Below are positions 20,849 through 33,600 of a DNA stretch of 64,000 nt, piece by piece. The stretch is taken from the NCBI GenBank assembly GCA_963662265.2, contig CAXXHA010000036.1, forward strand, positions 128,001-192,000, written 5' to 3'. The notes beneath the pieces were generated by a model, which was not told the origin of the DNA, ran no database searches, and was given only the letters and a program-made list of their open reading frames with translations. Position 1 is the first letter of the stretch. Each line of letters opens with the position of its first letter. Both the position numbers and the translations under genes were made by a program. The stretch is from Spirochaetia bacterium (GTDB lineage: Bacteria > Spirochaetota > Spirochaetia > CADAEX01).

Positions 20849-23800
20849 ATGAAACAGGCTGCTTTATCGTTTTTGAAAAAGTTCAATCTGTTTTTTATGC
20901 TTCTTTGCTGTTTTCCTGATGCCGTTCCGGATGATTTCAGGCCTTATTCTGACTTTAATGCTTCAGACATGAAAATCTGGTATGACAGGGCAGACCTTGA
21001 AGAGACAAGGGATATGTGGATGGCCTCTGCCAATATCGGTATGTCAGTTTTAAGCCCTGAAGAACGGGATAAATCACTTCTGGTTATGAAAGAGCGTCTT
21101 GCCTCATGGCAGTGGAACAGAATTGAAGAGAAAGTATGCAGGCCTGATATCCAATCGCTTTTATCAGAAATAGAGAACAAAAAGAAGGACTATCTTTATC
21201 TTGTTGAAGAAGGAAATCTGAAATTCGATGAGAATGGTACCCCGATCTTTAAAGGGCTTTCTGGTCTTGATAGCGATTTGACTTCATGGGAAAACGAAAT
21301 CAGGTTATTTGTTGGTGATCTTTTCAATAACTGGGAGAGATGTGCAAGGATAAAATATGATGAAATTCTATCTCTGGAGAAAAGGTATTGGAAAGGGTGA
21401 AAAAGCTGTACTTGATGCATCATTCAATGAATATAAAAACAGCATAAAGAAGGAATTTGAATACCTTTATCTTGCCGGCAGAAAGAGCCTTACAGCAATG
21501 AGGAGCAAAGACAGCTTTTCAATGAAAAAGGAGAGCGAAGATAAGGGGGCTGAAGTTGAAGCTGAAAAGAGGATCGGGGAAATACAGAAAAGCTTAAAAG
21601 AAGCATCAGATACCCTGGAGAAAAACCTCACACTCATGAAAAGCTTAAATACTGAAGAAGTGGGAGTAAGGATAAACGAGTGGGAGGATGACTTTAAGAA
21701 AAGCTTTGAAAAGGGGCTCAGAAAATGGGAGGAGGCAGAAAAAGATTTTTTGAGTGAAAGAATCAGATGGGAAGAATACGGCAGGGAAGGATATCTTAAA
21801 GCAGAGAATGAATGGGACAGGGCAATAGAGAAGTTTACCGAAGCAAGGCGATCCTGGTCTGTAGAGATGAAGGGAATAATAGATGAGGGGAGAACGTACT
21901 GGCAGAAAAGAGAAGTAAGCTTTTTTGAAAGCTACAGGGAAGTAACAGAAGGTATGGAAGAGGCTTCATTGAAGGAAAAGATGAGGTTTGAAAAAGAACT
22001 CACCGGTTACCTGTCTGTTTACAGGGAAAGCAGAAACATAGAGGGGCTGGCTAAAGAAAATATTGAGTATCTTACCGAAGAAATAGCACGGATTGAAAGA
22101 TACAAGGCTGATAAGCAGAGAACTGTAAGCAGAGTTAAAAACCGGATTGATGATATTGAAGATGATATAAATGATTATGAAAGATACATAAAAAGAGCGG
22201 TTGATGAAATTGAAAATGATGATGACAGAAGAGGATTTGATTTCAGATTTCTGTTTATAAGAATATATAGACAGAAAATAGATGATCTGAAACCGCTTCT
22301 TCCCCCTCTTTATAATCAGTATAACCTTGCAGTGGAGATAAGGGACAGGAAAAACAGTGAGCTTTCTTCATACAGGACAGAACTTGCATTCTGGGAAAAC
22401 GCATCAGTTAACTACAAAACAGCCCGAGAGGCAGCAGAAAACAGCCTTATATCACTTGAAGAACAAATCAAGAGCGGAGTCTACGGTGGAAATGAGTTTG
22501 ACAGTGAGCTTAATATATTAAAAGAAAAGAGGGATATCTTAAAAAGAAAACTTGATATAGCACAGCATGTCTATGAATACTCACTTGATAATACATCAGA
22601 CAGGAGAGAAAAGCAGATACAGAAAAGAAATACAGTAAAGCACTTTCTCTTTTCAGGGGAAAAGAGGCTGAATATGAAAAAAGTGTTACCGAACTTGATG
22701 ACTTTATTGAAAATATTCTGGGCGAAAATGAAAAAGATCTTGAAGATAAGAAAAACGAGCTTGGTCTTGCTGAAAAAAAGCTTGAAGATGCGAGGATTGA
22801 ATATGAGGCTGCAATGGAGATCTTCCGGCTTAAGGATTCTAGTTTACTCGAGACAGCAATATCAAATCTTGAAGATGAAAATGAGGATTTCTTTGATGAG
22901 GAACTTGACAGCATATGGAGCGACTACTTTCTTCATATGGAAAAGCTTCTGAGAAACGAGAGAAAGTGGAGTTGTGATGAACTTCTTTCAGATATCATGG
23001 GAACTTCAGCTGAAGATAATGCAGAAGACCTGGCTGTCTATGAAGGGCGAAGTACCTACCTTGAAGATTTAAGCCCTGCCTTCTCAAATCCCGATACAGC
23101 TGATCTGAAAAATGAGTTTGTCCTTAAAGGTTTTGATACTGAAAAAGGTCTCATCCATGAGTTTTTCTCATCCCTTGAAGCCGGAGAAGAGGAAAAAGCT
23201 CAATTTTACTTTAACCTTGTGAAGGTTCAGCATAAAGGAATCTGTGCTACTGTAAACAAGGGAATAGAACTTCTTTCCCTTGATAAGAGTGAGAAAAGCG
23301 CATCAGGTCTGGTTAAGGATATAGAGGATTCTTTAAAGGAGAAGAGAACTGAGCTTTTCGGGGATGATTATGATAGTTCTGATATCCTTTATTTCCTGAG
23401 TAATAATTCCTGTGATGATCTTTCCATAGAACCTTCCGATCCTGATGTTCTTGATAAAATAAAGGAAATTGCGTTTCTTGAAGCAGAAATGATGGGAATA
23501 AATGAATACAGCCGGTACGCTGCTGCATTTACACTTCATGAGAGAAACAACCTGTTTGAAAAACTGTCATCACTTTATTTTCTGGCAGATGACGGGGAGT
23601 CTGCTTCTGTCGGCGTAAGCGCATCTTTTGAGACAAAAGAGGATTTAACCGGTTTTTATAAAGATTTAAAAACACTCAATGTGCCTGTTTACCTTGAAGA
23701 GATAACCGGAAAAGTCCTTGAAAGTGTAATCAAGGATAAGAGTTTTATATTTGATGAGGATCTCTCTTCAATGGAAAACGAACTCAATTCCTACAACAAC

Positions 23801-26800
23801 AGAATAGAAAATTTCACACCAGCAGATCATCTTACTCGTGATGAGCTTGAAGAGAAGAGGGATGAACTTGCACTTGAGCTTGATATCTGTAAAGACCTTA
23901 AAGGTTATTACAGCCTCTCGCTGGTTAATGATTATTCAAATACAGAAAAGAGTGTGTATGAAGCTTTAATTGTAAAAGCGCTTAATACACTGAAGGATGA
24001 GTCATCTGTTATTACCGGTGAGGAAACTGTAAAAGAAAAACGAGCTCTAATAGTATCAAAAGAAACTGAATATAAAGAGAGAAATACAAAACTCACAGAT
24101 CTCCGGAATAAATTAAAAGAGTGGGAGAGTGAACAGTCAGAGTATTTCAATAAAAACATCGCTGATAAAAAAGCATCTCTGGAAGATGCAAAAGCTGAAA
24201 TATCTGCCTTGAGATCTGAATATCATGATCTTTTAAATAATTTTACATCTCTTACAGACCAGTACAGAGAAAAAAAGAAAGCAGTAGATGATTTACTTGT
24301 TGAATTTATGGAGAGCAAGTGGAATCTCTATGAGGCTGAGGAGCTTAAAGATTTTGCCTATTCTCCATATCCCCTGAGGAATACCGATCCTGAGGCAATT
24401 CTTAATAGACGCAGGGCAGATTTTGAAAAGGCAGACAGCCTTTACAGTGAAGTTCTTGATATCAAAACTTCACTTTCTCCCAAACCGGTAGAAGAAAGAT
24501 TCAACTCAGAATACCTTGATACTCTCCGGGAAAAGAAACAGCTTATCAGCAGTGTAAATTATCTTGGACATGCTTCTGATACACTTTCCCGTAATGTGAC
24601 AAGAGCTCAGGAAGAGGCTGGCAGATATTATGCAGTAATGAGAGACTCGATTGGAAGTATTTTCAGCTTTACTCTGCCTTTCAAACCTGATGTTGAAAGT
24701 TACAATGCAGGAGAACTTACTGATTTTAGCAGTTATGAGGGAGAAGAGAATATAAAAGCAGCAGTTAGTGATTACTTTAACAGTATGGATGCCTCTTCTG
24801 TTTTCAGTAATGATACCCTCAAATGGGCAAAGTCTGTATCTGAGCATGGGAGTCACTGCTTAAGGGATTTCGGGCTTGCATTCTATGCCGAGTACAAGAG
24901 TAAAATAACAGTCCCTCTGTATTCTGATCAGAACTACAATGAACTGAAACGGGGTAAATATGCAGGCTGTAATCCTGAAGGATATGCAGACAGCGTGGCT
25001 AAAGGAGTTCTTGCAGGTATAAAAAACAATCCTGAACTTTACAGGCATTATTCCTTTTTCAGGGCAATGCACTTATCTGGAAACACAACACTTGACTACT
25101 CATTCATGGGAAAGGATGTAAGTAAAGTTGCACATGACTACCTGTGGAGGGAATCAAAGGATGAAGAGCGACATGTAAAGAAAAAGCACTGGTGGAGTAA
25201 TTTCTGGAAGAGAACTGCAAAGAAGATGAGAAAGATGCGCCATAACATGACAGATGTGAACGGGAGTTATGAGCGGGGGAATAATCTGGGGCGATATTGC
25301 AAAGATATTTTCTGCCCGAATCGATTTTCTTGATAAGAAAGATGAGATAAGAACACTCACTGGTGGATGCGATGGGGAAATTGTATCTTTTGATGATTTT
25401 ATTATCTCACTTGATGCAGTTTCTGGGGAACTCCCGGATGAAGCAGGATCAGGTTTCAGGGATCTTCTTGAAAGCATATATGACTCGCTTACAGACGAGG
25501 ATAAAAATACAAGCTATAACCTGTCTGTAAAGACATTTGAAAAACTCAATGAGTACTTAAGCTGTAAGATATCTGAACTCAACATAATTACCGAGAAGCT
25601 TGAGAAAGAACGGGTAAGTCGTCTCAATAATTACAGGATATCCCTGAACAATCCTGAAGTCAGTTCAGATGAGGTCAAAAATCACTTCATAAATCTCTTT
25701 TTTGAATCAGAATACTCAACTTGCGAATCGTCGCAAATATCACTCTCCGAAGTTTTATTATCATATTCAGATTCTGACGACTTAAAAGGACGGGAAAGGA
25801 CTCTCTCCTTTGCAGCGAACGATGTAATGAAATACTTCTCAACTTCTCTAGATATAAAAAAGAGTGAGAATGATGAAAAGATAAAACTTCAGTACCTTGA
25901 ACTGAAGGATAAACAGGGACTTTTTGAATCTAGAATAGCAGAACTCTATGAGACAGGCGTAATTGAATGGAAGGTTGGTTTTACAAACCTTATCGGAATG
26001 AGGAAGAAGTGGAGAGATAATTTTCAAAGGGAAGCAATTCTTAAAGAAGAACTCTGGAAGAGTAAGTATAAAATATTAAAAGAAAACAGGAATAGCTGGA
26101 TAGAACAAAGTACAGCCGCAGTACAGAGGGGGGAGGCAGGGCGTCTTTCAAGGGAAATCGGGATAAACGCGGATAAACTCCTGTCAGAGAGCGAGATGAT
26201 TATAATACCTGACATTAAGAATTCTCCAGAACTTGATAACATAATTGAAGAGGTGACAGGGGCTGAGAAATTATCCTCTCTCATATCAGCTGCTTCCTTT
26301 TATTCGGCGAAGAAGGAGTCTGATAATATAACTCCTTCATCATACCTTCCTGAGATTGGAAGTTTCGGAGGAAACGATCTCCGGCTTGAAAGCTATGCAG
26401 AGAACTTATCAAGTGAAATAAGAAAAAGGGCAGCCCTGCTTGAGGCCCTGAAAATGGCAAAGACTGTAACAGATGTAGAAGACGGGATTCTTGAGAATAT
26501 AGAATCAGCCAACAGAAGTACAGAAAAGTCACTTGCTGATACGCTTGAAGGGAAAGGGTACAGGAAAAAAGGAAATATCTTCTCCCGGAAAGCTATAATA
26601 GATATGACACTTCTGGGAGGGATAGAAGAAGAGCTTCATGAGATTGAAGCCTATCATTATTTTACAGCGCCTGAATTTAAAACAGGTGCAGACCTTACAC
26701 GGGACTCATTATCCTCAATGAGCCGAAGGGAAATTGAATTAAAGGTTGAAAAAGCTGTTGCCAACCTTAAAAGATACGGAGAGATTATATTCGGAAGCAA

Positions 26801-29378
26801 AACTTCAAAGGAAGCTTCAGACTGGAAAGGGTTTGATGAAGAGTTTAAATCCTATGCAGGAAATGCTGAAAAGTCCTTCTCTTTATCGCGTCAGGCAACT
26901 AAATACAGAGACACAAAAGGACTTTTTTACATACACCTGGGATATGCCCCGGTAATGGACAGCAAGTCTCCCGAAGTTGTTAAAACTGAAGGATACGGCG
27001 AATACGGAAGAATCTATGAGCTGTTCTTCCGGAACGAGGCAAGGCTTGGCCGAGGTATTGCAAGCCTTGATCAGCCCTGGTATTCCCAGAAGCTCTGGGA
27101 TGATGACAGGGACAATGATGGGGAATCTGACGGACTATTCGGGGCACCCAGTGTCAGAAGCATGGGAAACATTGCAATGTCAGTTGTTTCAGGCGGGGCC
27201 GGTATGTGGGCTTTCGCAGTTAATATGATTGATGATGCTGCTTTCACTGCAATGGATATCGGAAGCGGAATAACAGACTGGGATGACGGGATGATGTCTC
27301 TGGGTAAGCAGACAACAGCCGGAGCTGTGACCCAGGGGCTTGGAAACCGGTTCAAGATAGAGACAGACTCATTTCTTGCCTCAGCTGCACATACAGGACT
27401 GAAAACAGCATCCACAAACCTTGCGACTACTGCGATAAACTCATTTGACTTTAATTCCAGAGGAATCTATTTCAGTACAGACACATTTAGACGAAACTGG
27501 CAAAGTGATCTTTACGGTAGAGGAGCAGTGCCCGGGTATATAAACAGCATGGGAACTGCAGGACTTGATTCAACACTTACAGGTTTCTACGGCAAGGATC
27601 TTTCTTGCGGTAAAGCGTTAAGCTCAACAATCGCAGGCAGCGCAGCAAGTATATATGAATACAACACTCTAGGTAGTACAAAGCTCAATCTGCTGAATTC
27701 ATCTGACCTCTTTTTCCGGAACAGTGGATTAAAAGACAGATTCGGAGGAACAGGTATCCTGGAAATGGGAATCGGAGACGGGGGAAGTTTATTCGAGTTC
27801 GGGATAAATGGCCAGAATATGAGTGCTTCTCAGATAACATCAGCTTATAAGGGTATAAATACATATTATCAGAATGCACGGATCTATTCATCCGGGCAGG
27901 AAAATATAAAGGATGCTAGAGTCGCGATGAGGGCTCTTTATTCCCGCAGCACTTCAGATGCTGCTGCATCGCTATTATACCGCAACCTGCTGTCAGGTAA
28001 GGATAATCTTGAAATCGACAAGTCTCTTGAAGGAAGAGCGCAGACTGTTAAAAACAGCAGCGGAGGAAGAACTGTTAAAGTTTCATCATTGGGAAATGAC
28101 TATTACAGCCGTCTTCACCTTGGTGTGGTTTTGGGACATGAAGCATACAGGGACGGGACAGATAATGGCAGAGAAGTACAGAAATCCGAGACAGTCGATG
28201 CTGTTTACAATCATACAAAAATGGCCCTTGATATGGAAAACGACTATACCGGGTTTATTGAATCTGATGAAGCATTGATAAAAGATTTATTGAGATTAAG
28301 CAAAGCAGGTAATACTGGAGATTATGAAAAATCTGTTCTGAGCGAGTATGAATCGGGGAGCGATTACTGGAAAGTTATAAAGCATAAAGATGGGAGTATA
28401 ACAATGCTTGATGACGGAAGCGATGACGTTACTTTGGTTGATGAAGAGACAGGTGCAGAAAAAATCTTTGAATATACCGGAGGAAGCAAGACAGGTTTTA
28501 TTGCGGGTTCTCTTGGTTTAAGCAGGGACGAAGTCAATTACCAGATGGGGCCTGAAGCGGGGTGGAGTTATATTGACGGCAGGTGGGAAAACAAAACTGA
28601 TGATAAAACTGTAAGGTTTTCACAGGCGCAGATAGAAAAGATGAGTATCCGATTCAAAGAGCTGAGACGCATCAGTAAAGCTGAAAATGTTGATGAGGGA
28701 ATTTTCAGGAAAATAGAAAATGCTGTCATTAAAGGAAAAAACTGGGTTTCTGAAAAATATACTGCTGTTAAAAATGTTTTTAATTACAGAAATTATATAT
28801 CAAAGAAAGCTGTATCTGAATCGTCCGCATCTTCATATTACAGTAAAGGTAAAATCCTTCCATCTGAAATTCTTACAGAAGGTTATATCTCCCAGACTGC
28901 GCATGAGGAAGAAACCCATTTTCTTGAAAACTGGTACACAAAAGGGCATCCCGCAGTTGATATCACAGGAAAGGGGAAGGTCCGGTTCCCTTATAATCTT
29001 GAACTTTTAAAAACAGGGAAAAATAACAACCGCCTTCTCTACCGTATAGCAGGTTCTGATGATTATCTTTATTTTACCCATATAAACCCCTCAGAATCTG
29101 AAGCTTTGCAGAAATTACTGGAAAAAAGCAGCGGCAAGAGTGTATCCTATAAAGCAGGGAAAGCTTTATTCAGCTATCCGAAAGTTAAGGATAAATATTC
29201 CACTGATCTTCACATACATGTTGAAATGTACAGGAAAAAGGATGACGGCTCTTACAGTTTTGCTGATCCTCTGACCGGCGAGTTCCTTCCGGATTTTGGG
29301 TATATGCATAGTACAAAAGGTGATATATATAGTGTTTGGCGAATGAAATTACCAAAAAATCAAAAATATTGGAATTAG
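20849..29378 (+). CDS. Giant (~2,840 aa) exoprotein / polymorphic-toxin-like protein with C-terminal M23-like peptidase; three frameshifts
   Basis: GGAGG RBS; four overlapping ORFs joined near 21375, 22610 and 25280; long coiled coil, KLWDDDRDNDGESDG motif, Gly/Ala hydrophobic segment, LGHEAYRDG motif, terminal HPAVD...HIH. Confidence 0.7.
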
Positions 29379-29388
29379 AGGTTAAATT

Positions 29389-29769
29389 ATGAAATATATT
29401 TATTTTTTTATTTTATTTATATTTCTCGCAATTTACTGCAATGCTGAAAATAATGATTTAAAAGATCCTTTTGAAGGAGTCTGGGGAGATTTTCCAGGGT
29501 ATGGGAAGATAAATGATTTTCTTATAATAAATAAAATAGGGAATGATTATTTAGTGATTACTGCATTTACTGATGATGACAAATCTCAAAAAAGTATTGC
29601 TAAGAGATTAAATCACAATATTTTAAAGATCATGATTAGAGGAAATCAATATACTTTAAAATGGGATAAAGATGGCGATGAAGAATGGCTTGAAATGTAT
29701 ATCGATCCAAATGTAGAAGAATACCCATATTTTGAACGTATCGAGAAATTTTCCATAGACAAGTTCTGA
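29389..29769 (+). CDS. Small secreted protein, candidate immunity protein
   Basis: Starts 10 bp after the giant gene, GAGG RBS, signal peptide, markedly AT-rich. Confidence 0.6.
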   Translation: MKYIYFFILFIFLAIYCNAENNDLKDPFEGVWGDFPGYGKINDFLIINKIGNDYLVITAFTDDDKSQKSIAKRLNHNILKIMIRGNQYTLKWDKDGDEEWLEMYIDPNVEEYPYFERIEKFSIDKF

Positions 29770-29794
29770 TTAATAGACTTCTTCAGCAAAAGTC

Positions 29795-30529
29795 CTACCG
29801 CATCTTCCTGATTCTGACTTCTGTCCCGCTTAGTCCTTTCAGCTTATCAACAAGCAGCATCGGGTCTGTCTCGCCGTAATGGTAGGGGTAGATGATTTTT
29901 GCCTTTATGGTTTTTGCCGCATCGGAAGCCATGTCCGGGTCCATGGTATAGGGGAGGTTCATTGGAATAAATGCTATATCAATGTTTTTGAGCTGTTTCA
30001 TCTCAGGGATATTTTCGGTGTCCCCTGCAATATATATTCTCTTGTCTCCCAGTGTCAGAATATATCCGTTTCCCTCCCCCTTGGGATGGTAGGGAATTCC
30101 GTTGTCCCTTTTGTGAACAATATTATAGGCAGGCACTGCCTCAATATTTATACCCCTTACAGTTTCTGAATCCCCGTTTTTCATCACTGTTCCTGTGCCC
30201 AGTTCAGTGAAGACTTTTTCAGAAACAACAAAGTCTGTATTTGATTTCCTGATTTTATCAATTGCATCTTTATCAAGATGATCCCTGTGCTGATGGGTTA
30301 TTAGAATCATATCTGCATCAGGGAGGAGTGAGTAGTCTGCCAGTTTGCCGTAAGGATCTATGTGGATGCTTATTCCCCTGAACAGGATATGAAGAGTCCC
30401 GTGGCCTATAAAAGTGATTACGATATCTCCTTCAGAACTTTTAATAGTGTCAGATTCAAAATTGTTTTCGCTGAATGTTGAAAAGGGTGTAATCAAAACA
30501 AGTAACGGAAGTATGAATAAATATCTCAT
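29795..30529 (-). CDS. Secreted MBL-fold metallo-hydrolase
   Basis: FIGHGT, IDPY, ITHQHRDH, YIAGDT, PMNLPYTM, YPYHY. Confidence 0.88.
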   Translation of the reverse strand: MRYLFILPLLVLITPFSTFSENNFESDTIKSSEGDIVITFIGHGTLHILFRGISIHIDPYGKLADYSLLPDADMILITHQHRDHLDKDAIDKIRKSNTDFVVSEKVFTELGTGTVMKNGDSETVRGINIEAVPAYNIVHKRDNGIPYHPKGEGNGYILTLGDKRIYIAGDTENIPEMKQLKNIDIAFIPMNLPYTMDPDMASDAAKTIKAKIIYPYHYGETDPMLLVDKLKGLSGTEVRIRKMR

Positions 30530-30676
30530 TTTTATCCTCCGGATTTAAAGCTTATTAAGGAATTTTAAGCTATTTAAATTCTGTTAGCAATATACTTCTG
30601 CTGATTTTATTCAGGCTGGTATTGACCTCTTTTTTCGGTACAGAACTAATTTTTCTGTGTTTAACTGTTTTGCCTT

Positions 30677-33600
30677 TTAAGCGCTCCCCTTGAAGTCGAA
30701 GCTTATCTTTTTCTGAAGTTCCCCTATGTTGTTAACCGCATTTTTCAGCATTGCGTTTTCAAGATGTGTCAGGCTTCCCTGCTCTGCAAGGTTGTCCGGC
30801 CGTTTTTCTTCAGATACCGATGCAGCCTGCCTCTTGAGCCTTACCTGGTTCAGAAAGTCGTAGATATGGGTAATCTCTTTATGCGTTGCAGGGTGTATTA
30901 TCCCTTTTTCCATAAGCGCATCTAAGCGGGAGAATGTATTTGTTTCTTCTATTCCGTGTTTAAGCGAATAAAGCCGTGCGAAATTGACTATAGGGAGGAT
31001 GAGCTCCTTTATATCGATGATTTTTTTTGTCCCCTCTGATGAATCGAATATTATGTTTCCGAAAAGGTTTACAGGTACTTTGTAGAGGGCTGAACTGTTT
31101 GCAAGGTGCAGAAAAAACTGGGGGAATGATTTCATTGTATCTGATATGTGCTTCCCGAGATTATCTGTAAGTTCGGAACTTCCGTAAATCATCCGGTAGT
31201 CGAAAAACATATTGAAATGAAGAATCTCCTCCGGTTCCGGTTTTGTTATCCACTTTGTGAAGTATTGTTTCCATTCAGAGAGAGTGCAACACCACTTGCG
31301 GTTTTTTCCCATTATCCCGCCGCTGCAGAACGGAAAACCAGCCTTGTTAAGCTCATCTGAAATAATTTCCCCGAGGCTCAGGAAGTAGTCTCTTGCCTTT
31401 TCAATATCTTCATCTTTATCAGGCTGTTCAAAAATTATCGCGTTATCCTGGTCTGAAGAAAGTGTCTGCTCTCTCCTCCCCAGGCTTCCGGGCGCGATGA
31501 ATGCGAACCTTTCAGGGGGAGTCCCTATTTCTGTAATTGCTGTTTCAATTATTTTCTTTACAAGAATATCTGTAAATGTGGTTACTATTCTCATTATATT
31601 GAGAGACCTGTTTCCTGTTTCAATAAGTGCCTTGATAATGTAGGGGACATGGCTGAATGATTTCTGGAGTTCCCTCATTGTAGATGCGTTTTCGAGTTCC
31701 CCTGCTGTGACAGCTGCCGGGTATTTATGAAATTCAATAAGGTCTTTTGCCCTGACGACATATCCGGTTTCATGATCCCCGTAGTCCAGGATAAGATGGC
31801 GTATATTGTATGTCTTCATAATGGAAACAGCTTCGAAAATAAGTATTCTGCTGTCTGCTTTCCTGACAGGGGAGGTCATTATTGTATAAACAGCATCATC
31901 CGCATTTCTTTCCTCGGCAAGGGCTCTCGACCTGATATCCTTGTCTGTTACAATTCCCAGGATTTCTCCGGAATCAGACTTTACAAGAAAGGAACTCGAG
32001 TTGCTGCTGTTCATCATTTTTGCACCGTTTCTGATGCTTGTCCTGAAATTCATTACAGGTATCTGGCGGGATATTTCAAATGCCGGTTCACTCAGGAACA
32101 GAAGTGAACTCTGAAGCTCGCTTATAAGCCTGTTACGTCTGAGTTCAGCTTTGTGTATAGTCACCCGGCTGCTTATTTCCCTTACATTGACTATGTATCC
32201 CTCTTTTCCCGATATTTCGATACGGCCTGTTTCCATAAGGACAGAGATCCTTTTCCCGTTTTTTCCGGTTATTTCTGTCTCTGTCATGGAAGGGACAATT
32301 TCTCCCTTCTCAAGCATTTCCCCTATGACTGTTGAATCTGAATCAGAATGAAGCTCCCTGAAAAGATCGGAAGCTGTCAGCATCAGGAGTTCGTTCTCAC
32401 TGTATGAAAGCATTTTTCTTACTGATGGGTTTGAGTAGGTGCATTTCCCGTTCTGTATTATCAGTGTTCCTTCATTTGTCCTGTCAGCAAGCGCCCTGTA
32501 TTTTTCATCAGATTTCTGAAGTCTTATCCTGCTTTCCTTTAATACTTTTTCCTTTTTTATGTTCTGAAGTACAATTACCAGAAGGATTATGAAAAGCAGC
32601 ATTGTAATGAAAAGCGAAATATCAACAAGATATTTTTCAAGCCTGGCTATTTCACTCATAACATCATCAATATAAATTCCGGTCCCTACAATCCATCCCC
32701 ATTTTTTATAAAGCTTTACATATGATATTTTTGGAGCAACAATGTCTTTTTCGTCTTTCCACTGCCACTGGTACTGTACAAACCCCTCGCTGTTCTTCCT
32801 GACTGTATCGACTATTTTCAGAAATACAAAATCCCCTTCTGTATCTGTGTAGCTGCTCAGGTCGCTGCCGACAAGATCTTTTCTGTAGGGATGAGCAATC
32901 ATCTCAGGTTTTTGGTCTGTTATCCAGAAATAGTCCTTGTTTTCCTTCCCGTACCGGATGTGGCTTATTACTGCGGCTGCCCGGTTTTGGGCCTCTTCAA
33001 TTGTTATATCGCCTTTTTCATAATCGCTATTAAATTCATCAAGAATACTGACTGCTGAATGAGTCAGCTCCATTATCATCTCTTTTTTCCTGGACATTAG
33101 AATTTCCTCTGTCTTCGGAATAAAAAGATTGAATATGGAATAGGTGAAAAGGATTATACCGGCAGCAGCAGGGAGTATGATTTTTATATATGGTACTGTT
33201 TTCTGAAACCGGGTGAAAAAGCCTTTTTTCTGTACAATTTCAGGTATATATTTGATTTCATGTTCAGAATCAATATTTCCAAGGCCATTCCTGAAATTTA
33301 CCCAGTCTTCTATACTGATGTTGACAACTGCATTACTCATCTGTTTTACAGCTTTCCCGTGATAATCTGTTCCTGCAGAGATCAGAAGACTGTTTGATTC
33401 AGCAATTGATCTCAGTTTTTTTTCTGTTTCCCTGTTATATGCCGAATATATTCCTTCTATGCCGTCAAGTTCTTTCGCTTTTAGAACAGTAATTGCATCC
33501 TGAAGTATTTTATAATCTTCTGACAGGGTAAGCGGATGTGCAAGAAACACTTTTCCCCCCGCATTATGTATCAGTTCAATGACTTTCTCATAATGGGGTA

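Noticed and set aside
20671-20886. N-terminal extension of ORF 20002-20886 overlapping the giant gene start
   Set aside because: A good RBS and signal peptide begin at TTG 20670; the extension is AT-rich intergenic DNA
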